Sequence record: PP777464.1
DNA length: 64,000 bases
Source: Escherichia phage fEgEco12
Strand: one strand, 5' to 3'
Shown here: piece by piece, positions 25,072-35,030 of the stretch
Numbering within the stretch: position 1 is the first letter of the stretch
Layout of the letters: each line of letters starts with the position of its first letter
The notes under the pieces: model-generated
The model's input: only the letters and a program-made list of their open reading frames with translations
The model's database searches: none
Told to the model about the DNA's origin: nothing
Program-made: the position numbers and the translations under genes

Positions 25072-25318
25072 AATGAAATACTTAACAGACGATGAGTTAA
25101 AAGAACGATTAATTAAATCCAGAAAACTTACAAATCAACTTCCAAACGACACAAACAAGTCACATGCCGAAAGGAGTGCAGAAGTTTTATACATTCAACT
25201 CCTGTACTTTCTTGGAACTGACAGACAAGAGTATTACATTGAAAGTATGCTTCGATATCTTAAATTCTCTATAAAGGAAAAGGTACATGCTCAAGAATTT
25301 AAAAATCCTAACAGTTAA
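25061..25318 (+). CDS. A-family small protein
   Basis: Motif FLGTDRQEYY; N-terminus MQNEMKYLTDDEL. Confidence 0.6.
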   Translation: MQNEMKYLTDDELKERLIKSRKLTNQLPNDTNKSHAERSAEVLYIQLLYFLGTDRQEYYIESMLRYLKFSIKEKVHAQEFKNPNS

Positions 25319-25529
25319 TGAATATCATAAGATTGTAATGAAAACTAATAGTGCAATATCTAAAAAATCAAACCCAAAGTACATACTGGAACACACATTC
25401 GAAGAACGTCAATTAGCTTTAGTTGAAGCAAAACTTCTTGCACTCCTAGGAACAAACTATCAGGAAGAATACATCAGAAAACTAATATACCTTTTAACTA
25501 AACACATCAGGAAAAGAAAAAAAGCATGA
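25287..25529 (+). CDS. A-family small protein
   Basis: Motif LLGTNYQEEY. Confidence 0.6.
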   Translation: MLKNLKILTVNEYHKIVMKTNSAISKKSNPKYILEHTFEERQLALVEAKLLALLGTNYQEEYIRKLIYLLTKHIRKRKKA

Positions 25530-25756
25530 AGCACTTGACAGATGATGAACATGGGCTTATAGTAATGGATGTAATCAACATCGAATACAAAAAGTTGATA
25601 CGCTACCGTTGTTATGAAGATAAGCAACTCGTTCTAGCAGAACAGAAGTTGTTTCGACTCTTAAACACAAACTTCCAAGCACAATACGAAGAATCGTATT
25701 TGTACCTACTGTCGAGGAAAGCAAAAAGAGATTATGAAAATTTTAAGCCACAGTGA
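25526..25756 (+). CDS. A-family small protein
   Basis: Motif LLNTNFQAQY; ATGA junction. Confidence 0.6.
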   Translation: MKHLTDDEHGLIVMDVINIEYKKLIRYRCYEDKQLVLAEQKLFRLLNTNFQAQYEESYLYLLSRKAKRDYENFKPQ

Positions 25757-25949
25757 ACAAACAGAATTGTTAATCTTTAATACAAGTAAATTCTTAAACA
25801 TAACATTGTCTGATATAGATGAGGATGAAAAAGAGTTACTTAGAGCAGATTTAAGAGTTCTTTTATATGTTGGAACTAACTTCCAAGAGCAATTCGTTGA
25901 GGACTACATCGATGAACTTAAAGAATCTGTACTGAGAACATGCAAATGA
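25734..25949 (+). CDS. A-family small protein
   Basis: Motif YVGTNFQEQF. Confidence 0.6.
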   Translation: MKILSHSEQTELLIFNTSKFLNITLSDIDEDEKELLRADLRVLLYVGTNFQEQFVEDYIDELKESVLRTCK

Positions 25950-26182
25950 AAATCCTTTCACCAAGTGAATACCACGAACTATTAAGTAGTTTAATTCTAA
26001 AATTGTATATAGCAAAGACCACAGATTTACCTGATGAAGAAAAAAATATTCTAATGAGTGAAATCTATGTTAATTCTACCCTAGGGACTAACTATCAAGA
26101 ATGTAATATTAATGATTACATCAAAGAACTAAAAAGGTTTATCCAATGCAAATGCGAATCATTACCGACGAAGAATACCTAA
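25940..26182 (+). CDS. A-family small protein
   Basis: Motif TLGTNYQECN. Confidence 0.6.
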   Translation: MQMKILSPSEYHELLSSLILKLYIAKTTDLPDEEKNILMSEIYVNSTLGTNYQECNINDYIKELKRFIQCKCESLPTKNT

Positions 26183-26397
26183 CAATCATAAATGGACTGT
26201 TTTCGAAGTTATTTGCCATTAACACATCAAAACTTCCAGATACTGATAAAATTATTAAGTTAAATGAAATCTACGTTCAAGCTACTCTAGGAACAAACTA
26301 TCAAGAAGCCAATGTGTATAATTACATTAATACACTCAAAAGGGTAATAAAATTAAAATGCACAGACAGCACAAACAGCCAATACACAAACCCCTAG
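26146..26397 (+). CDS. A-family small protein
   Basis: Motif TLGTNYQEAN; close paralog of previous. Confidence 0.6.
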   Translation: MQMRIITDEEYLTIINGLFSKLFAINTSKLPDTDKIIKLNEIYVQATLGTNYQEANVYNYINTLKRVIKLKCTDSTNSQYTNP

Positions 26398-26597
26398 GAA
26401 CAGCAGAATACATTGAACTAATGGCTGCAAACTTCTCATCCTTTAAGAAACTGATGCAAGAATCAAATAATGATTTAGAATATCATATCAAAAGTTCAGA
26501 TTTAAGATTACTACTCACTCTAGGAACAGACAGTCAGTACAAATTCGTACAGGAGCATATTAGAGCACTTTTAAATGGCATCAGGGATAAACTATGA
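26358..26597 (+). CDS. A-family small protein
   Basis: Motif TLGTDSQYKF; start uncertain. Confidence 0.5.
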   Translation: MHRQHKQPIHKPLGTAEYIELMAANFSSFKKLMQESNNDLEYHIKSSDLRLLLTLGTDSQYKFVQEHIRALLNGIRDKL

Positions 26598-26809
26598 AGG
26601 AAATATCAAATCAAGAGTACTTGGCACTATTCAGGAAGAATAATCACAAATATATGGCACTTGATTCAAGAACTGATATAAGTGAACTTCAGAAAAATCT
26701 TTTGCGTTCAGAGATGATAGTACTGACACTCTTAGGAACACAGCATCAAGAGAGAACTGTTAATTCACACATAGAGATTCTTATGCAGATAGTACAGGAA
26801 AAGATATGA
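26594..26809 (+). CDS. A-family small protein
   Basis: Motif LLGTQHQERT; ATGA junction. Confidence 0.6.
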   Translation: MKEISNQEYLALFRKNNHKYMALDSRTDISELQKNLLRSEMIVLTLLGTQHQERTVNSHIEILMQIVQEKI

Positions 26810-27027
26810 GAATCATAACACAACAAGATATGCTTAAGTTCGCAAGGGTTCATGCATCTGAATTTGATGCTATATTATCAAAAAGTTACAACAACCCTTA
26901 TACACAAGATGTACATTACAGTGAATTATGGATGTATATACTTTTAGGTACAGATCATCAAGAGCAAGCAGTACAGAAGTATTTGAGAGCTTTACGTGAT
27001 GCTACAGCTAATGGAGTACATGTTTAA
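26806..27027 (+). CDS. A-family small protein
   Basis: Motif LLGTDHQEQA; ATGA junction. Confidence 0.6.
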   Translation: MRIITQQDMLKFARVHASEFDAILSKSYNNPYTQDVHYSELWMYILLGTDHQEQAVQKYLRALRDATANGVHV

Positions 27028-27028
27028 T

Positions 27029-27280
27029 ATGAAAGTACTGACAGAACTAGAAATGTATCATAGATTTAATAAGTACTATCATTTACTTAAGCCTATACAG
27101 AGAATTAAATGTCCATTTGAAGAGAAACAGGTTTTAATCTATGAGCACAAGTTCTTTGTATCATTAGGTACAGATCAACAAGAGTACTATTTGACGTTGT
27201 ACTTGATTACATTAATAGATTTCATTCACTATAAAACCACACAATCTAAACAAGCTAATAAAGAGAAATATGAAAACTAA
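27029..27280 (+). CDS. A-family small protein
   Basis: Motif SLGTDQQEYY; start at MKVLTELEM after GGAG. Confidence 0.55.
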   Translation: MKVLTELEMYHRFNKYYHLLKPIQRIKCPFEEKQVLIYEHKFFVSLGTDQQEYYLTLYLITLIDFIHYKTTQSKQANKEKYEN

Positions 27281-27608
27281 TATAAAACTCAAGGTATATA
27301 AATCATTTGCAAGTACATACATCAAATGCCATACATGTAACTCTGTAATGGACTACAAAGGTAAGCCATTTGCACTTACTTATGATAATACAAGAGGTTT
27401 TTATATATCTTTTGCTGATTACAAATATAACATATACGAACACATTGACATTGAAGATTTAAGTACTTTATCTGAAGAGGAATACTTTCAAGAATCATTA
27501 GTATGGGATTTGGAGTTTCCTATGCCATTAGTACATAAGATGATAGTACTAATAAAAGAAACTAAACCTGTACCTAATGGTTATGAAGAACACATTATTG
27601 AGTATTAA
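27270..27608 (+). CDS. B-family protein
   Basis: Motif SEEEYFQESLVWD; near-identical to next gene. Confidence 0.65.
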   Translation: MKTNIKLKVYKSFASTYIKCHTCNSVMDYKGKPFALTYDNTRGFYISFADYKYNIYEHIDIEDLSTLSEEEYFQESLVWDLEFPMPLVHKMIVLIKETKPVPNGYEEHIIEY

Positions 27609-27622
27609 TATATAAGGTAACT

Positions 27623-27964
27623 ATGAAAACTAATATACAACTCAATGTATACAGTTCAGAAGAACATACATATATCAAATGCAGTCTATGTAAAGATGTA
27701 ATGGACTACAAGGGTAAGCCATTCACAATTACTTATGATTCTTATGTTAATGATTTATATATATCATTTCTTAATTACGAAAAGAAAATATACAAGCACG
27801 TTGATATTAAAGATTTAAGTACTTTATCTGAAGAAGAATACTTTCAAGAATCATTAGTATGGGATTTAGAATTTCCTATGCCATTAGTACATAAAATGGT
27901 AGTCCTAATGAAAGAAACTAAACCGGAGTTTAATGGTTATGAAGAACACATCGTTGAGTACTAA
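27623..27964 (+). CDS. B-family protein
   Basis: Motif SEEEYFQESLVWD; tandem duplicate of 27270. Confidence 0.65.
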   Translation: MKTNIQLNVYSSEEHTYIKCSLCKDVMDYKGKPFTITYDSYVNDLYISFLNYEKKIYKHVDIKDLSTLSEEEYFQESLVWDLEFPMPLVHKMVVLMKETKPEFNGYEEHIVEY

Positions 27965-27967
27965 ACA

Positions 27968-28192
27968 ATGAAAATATTATCATACAAAGATTACCGCAAG
28001 CTTCGCGGTATTTTGCGACCAGAAATTCAAAGAATTAATTCTCTTCCTATATCTAATGCAGAATGTTCAGTACTGAAAGATGAGTTAATATTAAAACACA
28101 CAGTAGGAACTAACTATCAAGCTGATAGTGTTCGATATCTAATTTGGGGATTAATATGCATAGTAAAGGAAAAACAAGCTCAAGTACTGTGA
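27968..28192 (+). CDS. A-family small protein (interleaved)
   Basis: Motif TVGTNYQADS. Confidence 0.6.
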   Translation: MKILSYKDYRKLRGILRPEIQRINSLPISNAECSVLKDELILKHTVGTNYQADSVRYLIWGLICIVKEKQAQVL

Positions 28193-28518
28193 CAATCGAA
28201 GTGAATTCTATTAATGCTGGTAATGCAGTAGATAAGTTCTTTATTGCTCAAGGGTACAGGAAAGATATTCATCAATATTGTTCAGTATATGGGGAGTACA
28301 ATAGTACTGAAGATATAATTTATTGGTCAACACATCAAGATTATCTAACTAAAATTGGCATTCCAGATGTTAGTACTTTATCTGAAGAAGAATACTTTCA
28401 GTACAGCTTAGTACATGATTTACCTATACCTTTAGGGTTAATCAAGGGTATACAGGAAGAGGTTCATAAGCTTAAATCCATGAGTAAAGGTACTTTCATT
28501 AGAACAGTGCAATACTAG
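28144..28518 (+). CDS. B-family protein
   Basis: Motif SEEEYFQYSLVHD; start approximate. Confidence 0.55.
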   Translation: MGINMHSKGKTSSSTVTIEVNSINAGNAVDKFFIAQGYRKDIHQYCSVYGEYNSTEDIIYWSTHQDYLTKIGIPDVSTLSEEEYFQYSLVHDLPIPLGLIKGIQEEVHKLKSMSKGTFIRTVQY

Positions 28519-28519
28519 C

Positions 28520-28548
28520 TTGACAGTACTTTTCATTACTGATATAGT
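28520..28548 (+). promoter_or_regulatory. Internal sigma70-like promoter
   Basis: TTGACA, 17 nt, TATAGT. Confidence 0.5.
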
Positions 28549-28577
28549 ACCTGTACGTTAATCATGGGGTAAAAATT

Positions 28578-28823
28578 ATGTTGAATTTTTTAAATTTCCT
28601 TATCGTCTTGTGTATTGTTCTTGGGATTGCACCATTTGTATTGTATTTCATGGATTCAGATGAAATGCAGAAGATGAATTGTACAAGGACAGGACAGAGT
28701 AGAGTAGAGACGATTCTTATGCCTGTTACGGTTATTGTTAACAACATGCCCATTACCAACATGGTCCCTACCCTAACGACAACGTACCAGTACTCTTGTA
28801 CAGACGGAGAGAGGTGGAGATAA
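28578..28823 (+). CDS. small membrane protein (putative)
   Basis: Hydrophobic N-terminus LNFLNFLIVLCIVLGIAPFVLYF; own promoter and RBS. Confidence 0.55.
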   Translation: MLNFLNFLIVLCIVLGIAPFVLYFMDSDEMQKMNCTRTGQSRVETILMPVTVIVNNMPITNMVPTLTTTYQYSCTDGERWR

Positions 28824-29146
28824 TGCGTAAGTTCAATTGTATTGTACGTAAGAATTCATGTTACATTGTAGTAGCTGATTTTAATACAGGTTCTGGATTG
28901 AAGATATTTGAGTACAGAAAATGCAATAATTCTTTTCATTGGAAATTGGGTGCAAGAAAAGCAAAAACAATTTCAGTACCGAATTTATGTTCTATCTCTG
29001 AAGAAGAAGAGTTTCAGTACTTGTTAGTACATGATGATTCTTTAGGATTTACATTAGAAGATATGAAGAAAGTACAACAGCAGATGATTGCACATTGTCA
29101 TCTTCCAAAGAATTTTGTTCAACACGTATGTGAATTCCACATATAA
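28823..29146 (+). CDS. B-family protein
   Basis: Motif SEEEEFQYLLVHD; TAATG junction; strong RBS GGAGAGAGGTGGAGA. Confidence 0.6.
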   Translation: MRKFNCIVRKNSCYIVVADFNTGSGLKIFEYRKCNNSFHWKLGARKAKTISVPNLCSISEEEEFQYLLVHDDSLGFTLEDMKKVQQQMIAHCHLPKNFVQHVCEFHI

Positions 29147-29155
29147 GAGAAGAAT

Positions 29156-29467
29156 ATGAAATTTAATATAGCAAAAACATCGAGTATATGTATTTTTGGT
29201 TATGCAGAAGAGTTAGGTGATATTGACATTCTTTTGTACAAAAAGGATGGTGTTATGCATTTCAAGTACCAGGATGAAGAGGCAGACAATTATCTTTTAC
29301 CTAATTTAGTACACATGCAGGAAGAGGAATTATTCCAGTACAGCTTAATATACGACATTGATATTTGCACGATGCCAGTATTAATTAGTATTCAAAAAGT
29401 GATGCTAGATATGTATGATAAGCTAATACAAGGTATGTCAGGGAGGATCATTGAAATTGACATATAA
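29156..29467 (+). CDS. B-family protein
   Basis: Motif QEEELFQYSLIYD. Confidence 0.6.
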   Translation: MKFNIAKTSSICIFGYAEELGDIDILLYKKDGVMHFKYQDEEADNYLLPNLVHMQEEELFQYSLIYDIDICTMPVLISIQKVMLDMYDKLIQGMSGRIIEIDI

Positions 29468-29495
29468 GAATATACCTAAAGGAGATGCAATATAA

Positions 29496-29747
29496 ATGTA
29501 CAAAAAAATAAACCGTTATTTGTATGCATCAAAGTACAGGGATTTTTGTTTACAAGGGGGAGATGACGATTTTGCTCTGAGGTTATCGGAATTTAATATG
29601 TTATTTTATCTTGGTACAAAAGAACAAGAAGATACAGTACAGAAATTTCTCAATCATCTTGTACAAAAAATTAATATGCAAATTTTGATGCTTAAGTTAC
29701 AGAATGAGATAAATGAATATGAATCCAGAAATAGTTCAGGATCTTAA
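29496..29747 (+). CDS. A-family small protein (divergent)
   Basis: Motif YLGTKEQEDT; RBS AAGGAG. Confidence 0.55.
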   Translation: MYKKINRYLYASKYRDFCLQGGDDDFALRLSEFNMLFYLGTKEQEDTVQKFLNHLVQKINMQILMLKLQNEINEYESRNSSGS

Positions 29748-30123
29748 AAAAGTAATATTTCTTTTGAATACAAGAAGCTCTTTATATAAGGAGTTCAAGG
29801 ATATTAAAACATCGTGTAATATAGATTTTTTTGAAACCATACATGCGGAGTTTCGTGATTTAATTGCAGATGCATTGTTTGAATTTTCCGAGAAATATCA
29901 AGGTACAGTCTTCGGTGTTAAGAATGTTCTTCGTCCAAGTACAGGTACAAGGAAGATTGAGTTATCACATTTTACAATTGGTAACAACGATTTATTCAGT
30001 TATAACCCCAGTACATCTTTATATTTTATTCCTGTTTCAGACAAAAATCATCCTATTCATTACGGATGGATTATATCTTATACAATAAATGGAACGGAGT
30101 ATCCTATTAAATGGCACGATTAG
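29713..30123 (+). CDS. hypothetical protein in array, no family motif
   Basis: ORF track; start approximate. Confidence 0.45.
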   Translation: MNMNPEIVQDLKKVIFLLNTRSSLYKEFKDIKTSCNIDFFETIHAEFRDLIADALFEFSEKYQGTVFGVKNVLRPSTGTRKIELSHFTIGNNDLFSYNPSTSLYFIPVSDKNHPIHYGWIISYTINGTEYPIKWHD

Positions 30124-30262
30124 GGTGTGAAGATTATAATATGAATATATTATTAAGAAATATTAATGCAGATTATTGTGTATGGGTTAAGAATAGAGAT
30201 ATGATGTATTATGATTTTTATTTAGATTGTGCCATTAAGCGTTTTTTAAGAGAAGAACATTA

Positions 30263-30445
30263 ATGAAAACCGTTAATACAAAAGCAATAAATGATTTAAA
30301 TGATTCTTTATTAGTAAGTATCAAGATGTATTACAATATACATTTAAAGGGTGGTATAGATAATTACAATTATTATCTTTCATTAGTTACAATAGAACAT
30401 TTAAATTATATAGATCAGTTATTACATCCAAATCCACCAAATTAA
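30263..30445 (+). CDS. hypothetical small protein
   Basis: ORF track only. Confidence 0.35.
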   Translation: MKTVNTKAINDLNDSLLVSIKMYYNIHLKGGIDNYNYYLSLVTIEHLNYIDQLLHPNPPN

Positions 30446-30456
30446 GGAATACCAAT

Positions 30457-31017
30457 ATGAATGATATTGAGTTATTGGTACATAAGATTTGCACAATATC
30501 GTTAGTGCTGGACAATGCGAATACAGTACAGAGTTCCCTTTTAAGAATTAATAAAGTTGGGAGTAGTTTATATTTGGAAGTAAAAGCTGGTTTTGCAGGA
30601 CAGTACAATGATAAAATCAAAGAAGAAGTTAAGGGAAATGAAGATGCTTTCATTGAGGTTTGTGCAACAGTTGGTTCAAATCCAATTTCAGTATCACCTT
30701 TAATGCGAAATGAAAATTCAGAATTTGATTCCAGTTTTGAAGGTTATTTGTGGTACAATTATGGTGATGATTATTTTATATATCAGAATTCCAAAACGGA
30801 TTATAGTGAAGAAGGTATAAAATTCATTGATCCTTACAATGAAGCAGAAGTATTTCAGACATCCCTAATATACAATACAAATCAAATGAAGTATCTTATG
30901 TTGTTTAGTACAATGCATTTGAATCCATTGAAAGATAATTTAAAATTTTTCATTCGTTTAGAATTAGTTGATATTGCTTATGATCTTTTAATGCAAGGAT
31001 ATAGTTATGAAGTATAA
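30457..31017 (+). CDS. B-family protein
   Basis: Motif EAEVFQTSLIYN; C-terminus LMQGYSYEV shared with 31094 gene. Confidence 0.6.
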   Translation: MNDIELLVHKICTISLVLDNANTVQSSLLRINKVGSSLYLEVKAGFAGQYNDKIKEEVKGNEDAFIEVCATVGSNPISVSPLMRNENSEFDSSFEGYLWYNYGDDYFIYQNSKTDYSEEGIKFIDPYNEAEVFQTSLIYNTNQMKYLMLFSTMHLNPLKDNLKFFIRLELVDIAYDLLMQGYSYEV

Positions 31018-31087
31018 AATGCTTTATACAAAAGATATGATTTATGTTGAATTAGAAGACAATGACGATGTATCCATCAATAGGTAA
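31007..31087 (+). pseudogene. Truncated remnant of an MKYKMLYT-type B-family gene
   Basis: 26 codons MKYKMLYTKDMIYVELEDNDD match the N-terminus of the 31590 gene. Confidence 0.5.
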
Positions 31088-31093
31088 TAATAT

Positions 31094-31600
31094 ATGAATG
31101 AGATAGAATTATTAGCACACAAGATTAGTACAGTAATGCTTATGCTCAAGAATAATCATTCTATGCATAAGTACATTTTTATAGGTGATTTACGCATAGA
31201 AGATAGATATGATAAATTATCGTTTATGTTTAAAGATGAAAGTAATGCAAAAGTTTGTTTTGCAGCATTTGCCCAAGGCAATCCAGAACAAGCATCTCCT
31301 GTTATATATGAAAATAGTGAAGGGTATTTGTGGGTCAACACAAACGATTATTTCTTTTATGTTTTGAAACAAGATGATGAAGTAGAAGCACGAATTGATT
31401 TAATTGATATTAGTACAGATTGTAGTGCTGAATTATTTCAGAAATCGTTATTATACAGTCCTCGTCAAATACATTATCTAAAGTTATTCAGTTCATTGTA
31501 CGCGAATCCTTTAATTAAGGGTTTTAAATTTTATATCAAAATTCCGCACCTTTCAAACGTTTATGATTTATTAATGCAAGGATATAGTTATGAAGTATAA
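31094..31600 (+). CDS. B-family protein
   Basis: Motif SAELFQKSLLYS; C-terminus LMQGYSYEV. Confidence 0.6.
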   Translation: MNEIELLAHKISTVMLMLKNNHSMHKYIFIGDLRIEDRYDKLSFMFKDESNAKVCFAAFAQGNPEQASPVIYENSEGYLWVNTNDYFFYVLKQDDEVEARIDLIDISTDCSAELFQKSLLYSPRQIHYLKLFSSLYANPLIKGFKFYIKIPHLSNVYDLLMQGYSYEV

Positions 31601-31901
31601 AATGCTGTATACATTAACATTAATATATGTAGAATTAGAATCCGATTCAGATGCATGGAATTTGGTTAAAGAGGTCGATACCAATCAATGGTACATGGCA
31701 AATTTAGACGCACATGTTGTTACGGATTATTTTATAGATTTTAATACATTATCTGAAGAAGAATTTTTCCAAATGCAATTGGTGGTTGACATGTACGGAC
31801 ATGACATGGTAACATTAAGAAATATACAGAAAGTCGTTAATGAATTCCAAAGCAAGAAAGATTATGAAGTAGGAGCGTATTATGACATCGACGTACAGTG
31901 A
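31590..31901 (+). CDS. B-family protein
   Basis: Motif SEEEFFQMQLVVD; N-terminus MKYKMLYT. Confidence 0.6.
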   Translation: MKYKMLYTLTLIYVELESDSDAWNLVKEVDTNQWYMANLDAHVVTDYFIDFNTLSEEEFFQMQLVVDMYGHDMVTLRNIQKVVNEFQSKKDYEVGAYYDIDVQ

Positions 31902-31921
31902 AAGCAATGAGTACAATAGTT

Positions 31922-32248
31922 ATGAAGTATAAAATGCTTTATACATTATCAGGGATATATGTAGAATTAGAACCCGATTATCCAGATGGATGGAATTTTA
32001 TTAAACGCTCCGAAAGAAATACATGGCACATGGCACATTTGGATAATGACGTAATATTAGACAATTTTGTGGATTTTAATACATTATCAGAAGAAGAATT
32101 CTTCCAAATGCAATGTGTGCTTGACACAAAAGGATTTGATGTGCTATTATTAAGGAATATACAGAAAGCTGTTAACGAATTAATATCCAATGACGAGTTA
32201 GGCAAAGTGAGGCTGTTCCATGATCTCGAAGTACCGTACCAGCAATGA
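31922..32248 (+). CDS. B-family protein
   Basis: Motif SEEEFFQMQCVLD; paralog of 31590; start at MKYKMLYT. Confidence 0.6.
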   Translation: MKYKMLYTLSGIYVELEPDYPDGWNFIKRSERNTWHMAHLDNDVILDNFVDFNTLSEEEFFQMQCVLDTKGFDVLLLRNIQKAVNELISNDELGKVRLFHDLEVPYQQ

Positions 32249-32789
32249 AATTCAGTACACCTACGCTAATGCAATCCTAATGGGACAAAAGTTAGCTTGT
32301 ATTGTTGCAGCCTTATATAATGTACAGAAAGCAGCACATAATAAAAAACCATATACAAGAATCATTAACGCATTCATGGGGTTTAAACCATCTGATTTTG
32401 ATTCACATATTGCGTGCACAAGTTATTTTGACAAACGATTCAATACACCTGATACCCCAAATGCCCGTAGTGTTATTAGTCTTTTACAGTTTAATCCAAC
32501 ACCAGTTATATCAAAGAATGATTTGGATTACACATGGTACAATTCAAATCAAGATTCATTTTATTCTAATGATCAATCGATTGAATATAATAAAATTAAA
32601 TCAGAGGAAGCATTTTTTCAGGAATCATTATTTACACATGAACGTTCTTTGTTTTATAGTGTTATGTTGAGTACAGTATACAATAGTCCATTACACAAGA
32701 ATAACAAAATTAATTTCAGTTTTTGTGCTTATGCGATTGATGGTGTTTATGAGTGCTTAATGGAGGTATTGAGTTATGAAGCTGAATAA
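32220..32789 (+). CDS. B-family protein
   Basis: Motif SEEAFFQESLFTH. Confidence 0.6.
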   Translation: MISKYRTSNEIQYTYANAILMGQKLACIVAALYNVQKAAHNKKPYTRIINAFMGFKPSDFDSHIACTSYFDKRFNTPDTPNARSVISLLQFNPTPVISKNDLDYTWYNSNQDSFYSNDQSIEYNKIKSEEAFFQESLFTHERSLFYSVMLSTVYNSPLHKNNKINFSFCAYAIDGVYECLMEVLSYEAE

Positions 32790-33117
32790 TACATTTGATA
32801 TTAATAAGTTAAGAGAATGGTTTAATAATATTGAAATTGACGCCATTCCTTATCATACATATGAACAAAGCGATTTACAAAGTATTGATATCAGAGAGTT
32901 GTACAAATATTATCAGAGTGCATTAGAGATGCATAAGTTATTTTTGAGTACAAATTTCATCCTAAATTACAATTTTGAGGAATTTAATAATTATAATTTA
33001 GTACAGAAATATGTAGTAGCAAAGTACATGTACAATCAAGGTATAAAAGGTTGCATCGAATTCAATACCGTTCTTATTTTAGTTGAGGTAATTTTATGCA
33101 CCGCATGTCTGATTTAG
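32776..33117 (+). CDS. hypothetical protein in array, no family motif
   Basis: ORF track. Confidence 0.4.
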   Translation: MKLNNTFDINKLREWFNNIEIDAIPYHTYEQSDLQSIDIRELYKYYQSALEMHKLFLSTNFILNYNFEEFNNYNLVQKYVVAKYMYNQGIKGCIEFNTVLILVEVILCTACLI

Positions 33118-33593
33118 AGTTCAGTTTAGATGCAGCCTTTAAATTTGTTCACAAAATAGAAACAATATATCGTACATTATGTGCAATAACATCAGTATCA
33201 AAAGAGTTTGATGTTGGTGAAAGGTATCAGGTGTGGAATAATTCATTTTATAATAAAGAACATTCTGCGACGGCATTTTATATTTTAGCATTTAATCCCA
33301 GCAATTGTTACCCAGAGAAGCATGAACGTTATCCAAATGACGACATGTGGTTTGAGTACAAAGAAGATGCTGATATGTCGTCAATTGTAGTTCCTGATGA
33401 TTTTAATGCACAAGATTTAACAGAAGAGTGGTGGTTCCAGCAGAATTTAGTACATGATGATATTGATTTATTTTTCTATATTGCATTTAAAATGCTTTAT
33501 CACAACAATATAGTTAAAGAAAGTTTATCGTTTTCATGTCTATATATTGATGATTTGTACAATGAAATTCAAATAAACATGCCTGTATCGTAA
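33096..33593 (+). CDS. B-family protein
   Basis: Motif TEEWWFQQNLVHD. Confidence 0.6.
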   Translation: MHRMSDLEFSLDAAFKFVHKIETIYRTLCAITSVSKEFDVGERYQVWNNSFYNKEHSATAFYILAFNPSNCYPEKHERYPNDDMWFEYKEDADMSSIVVPDDFNAQDLTEEWWFQQNLVHDDIDLFFYIAFKMLYHNNIVKESLSFSCLYIDDLYNEIQINMPVS

Positions 33594-33611
33594 GATATGG
33601 GCTTTTTTTGT

Positions 33612-33640
33612 TTGACACAAGTACAAATGCATGGTACAAT
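33612..33640 (+). promoter_or_regulatory. Internal sigma70-like promoter
   Basis: TTGACA, 17 nt, TACAAT; RBS AAGGAG before 33668. Confidence 0.55.
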
Positions 33641-33667
33641 GTGTAATCATTTTTTAAGGAGATACCT

Positions 33668-34216
33668 ATGGAAAATTTTAAAATACCAGATGATTTCAAT
33701 TCAGTACAAGAGATGGTACACAAGGTTCATTATATTTTTCATGAATTAATTATTGCCAATTCATCCGGTATGCAAATTGAGTTAAAGGATATTGATAGAG
33801 AAGAAGTATTTCTGGCTTCCCCAAATTCAATCATTCCTTTTTATGGACAAGATCGTTTATGGTTCATGAGAGATACCCCAATTGACAAATACAAAATACA
33901 AACAAAATCAGAGTTTTATTCTATTTTTGAATATCTTAATATTACATTACAAACACAAGATATAAATGCAATAAGTGCCATGAGTGCTGAGGAATATTTT
34001 CAGTACAGTACATTGCATAGTCCAGAAGAAATCTTTGTTGTTATGCTCGTTGCAAAATTGAGTACAGTTGATTTTGGGACGTACCCAAATAAATCATTCA
34101 AGATTATTATTCCTGCATTCGTCGATCTTTATGATTTCATTGTGCACAAGAAAGAAAGTACAGTGTACGATATGTATCGTTCAAATATCAGTATGATTAC
34201 AGGGGAATTAAAATGA
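33668..34216 (+). CDS. B-family protein
   Basis: Motif SAEEYFQYSTLHS; own promoter and strong RBS. Confidence 0.65.
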   Translation: MENFKIPDDFNSVQEMVHKVHYIFHELIIANSSGMQIELKDIDREEVFLASPNSIIPFYGQDRLWFMRDTPIDKYKIQTKSEFYSIFEYLNITLQTQDINAISAMSAEEYFQYSTLHSPEEIFVVMLVAKLSTVDFGTYPNKSFKIIIPAFVDLYDFIVHKKESTVYDMYRSNISMITGELK

Positions 34217-34821
34217 ACATAGATCAATTAATGAAGTACAGTACAAGTGTAATTCCAGTGCTAAGTAAAGCATTAGATGCATTCAATGCTAAGTACCCTG
34301 AAGGTTCAGAGTTAAATATTCCTTTTACCACAGAAGGGATTGTTGATACGTACATTGTAAACATCAGTAGTACAGGTATTGTTTTGAAGCAAAAGTACGG
34401 CGAAAGTGAATATTATGGATTGAAGCTGGATAATATTTCAGGAGAGAAGACACCTTATGAGTTTTGGGTTCCGAATAACATTGAGTCATGGAAAACAAAT
34501 ATTAATAAGAGAGACGAAAGAAATTTACCTCTTGTACAAAATAATGAAAAAAGAATTGACGTATTTTATTATTACAGTACAGCCCAGTTTCCAGAAGAGA
34601 TTTATTTAAATTCAGAGGTTCATGAAGATATTGAATCATTTTTCTTTCAGTTATCATTGGTACAGGATATCATGCCTGTGCAAATGTTCAGGGATGAAAT
34701 AAATTTAGCGAAAGAGATTTCGGATATGTTACCTGAATTTAGTGTTCTTTATGGTAGTAGAGCTTTACCTGAAAATGTTTACAAAGAATTTATTTCCATT
34801 GTTAAAGGGTTGAATATATAA
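34213..34821 (+). CDS. B-family protein
   Basis: Motif IESFFFQLSLVQD; ATGA junction. Confidence 0.6.
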   Translation: MNIDQLMKYSTSVIPVLSKALDAFNAKYPEGSELNIPFTTEGIVDTYIVNISSTGIVLKQKYGESEYYGLKLDNISGEKTPYEFWVPNNIESWKTNINKRDERNLPLVQNNEKRIDVFYYYSTAQFPEEIYLNSEVHEDIESFFFQLSLVQDIMPVQMFRDEINLAKEISDMLPEFSVLYGSRALPENVYKEFISIVKGLNI

Positions 34822-34822
34822 T

Positions 34823-35017
34823 ATGACCGCCTATGATATCAAACAAAGGCATACGAAGTTTGATTTGTTCACATACCAATTCCACAATGATATAGTGAAT
34901 TTTAACATCAATGCGTCCTTGCATCCTACATCACAAGATGATTTTGACAACAGAGTGCTTAACATCGTGGTGCTTTTGTGTTATAATCATTTCAGTGAAT
35001 ATTTTAACACAAGATAA
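34823..35017 (+). CDS. hypothetical small protein
   Basis: ORF track only; may be leader of next gene. Confidence 0.3.
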   Translation: MTAYDIKQRHTKFDLFTYQFHNDIVNFNINASLHPTSQDDFDNRVLNIVVLLCYNHFSEYFNTR

Positions 35018-35030
35018 GGTTGAGGCACAC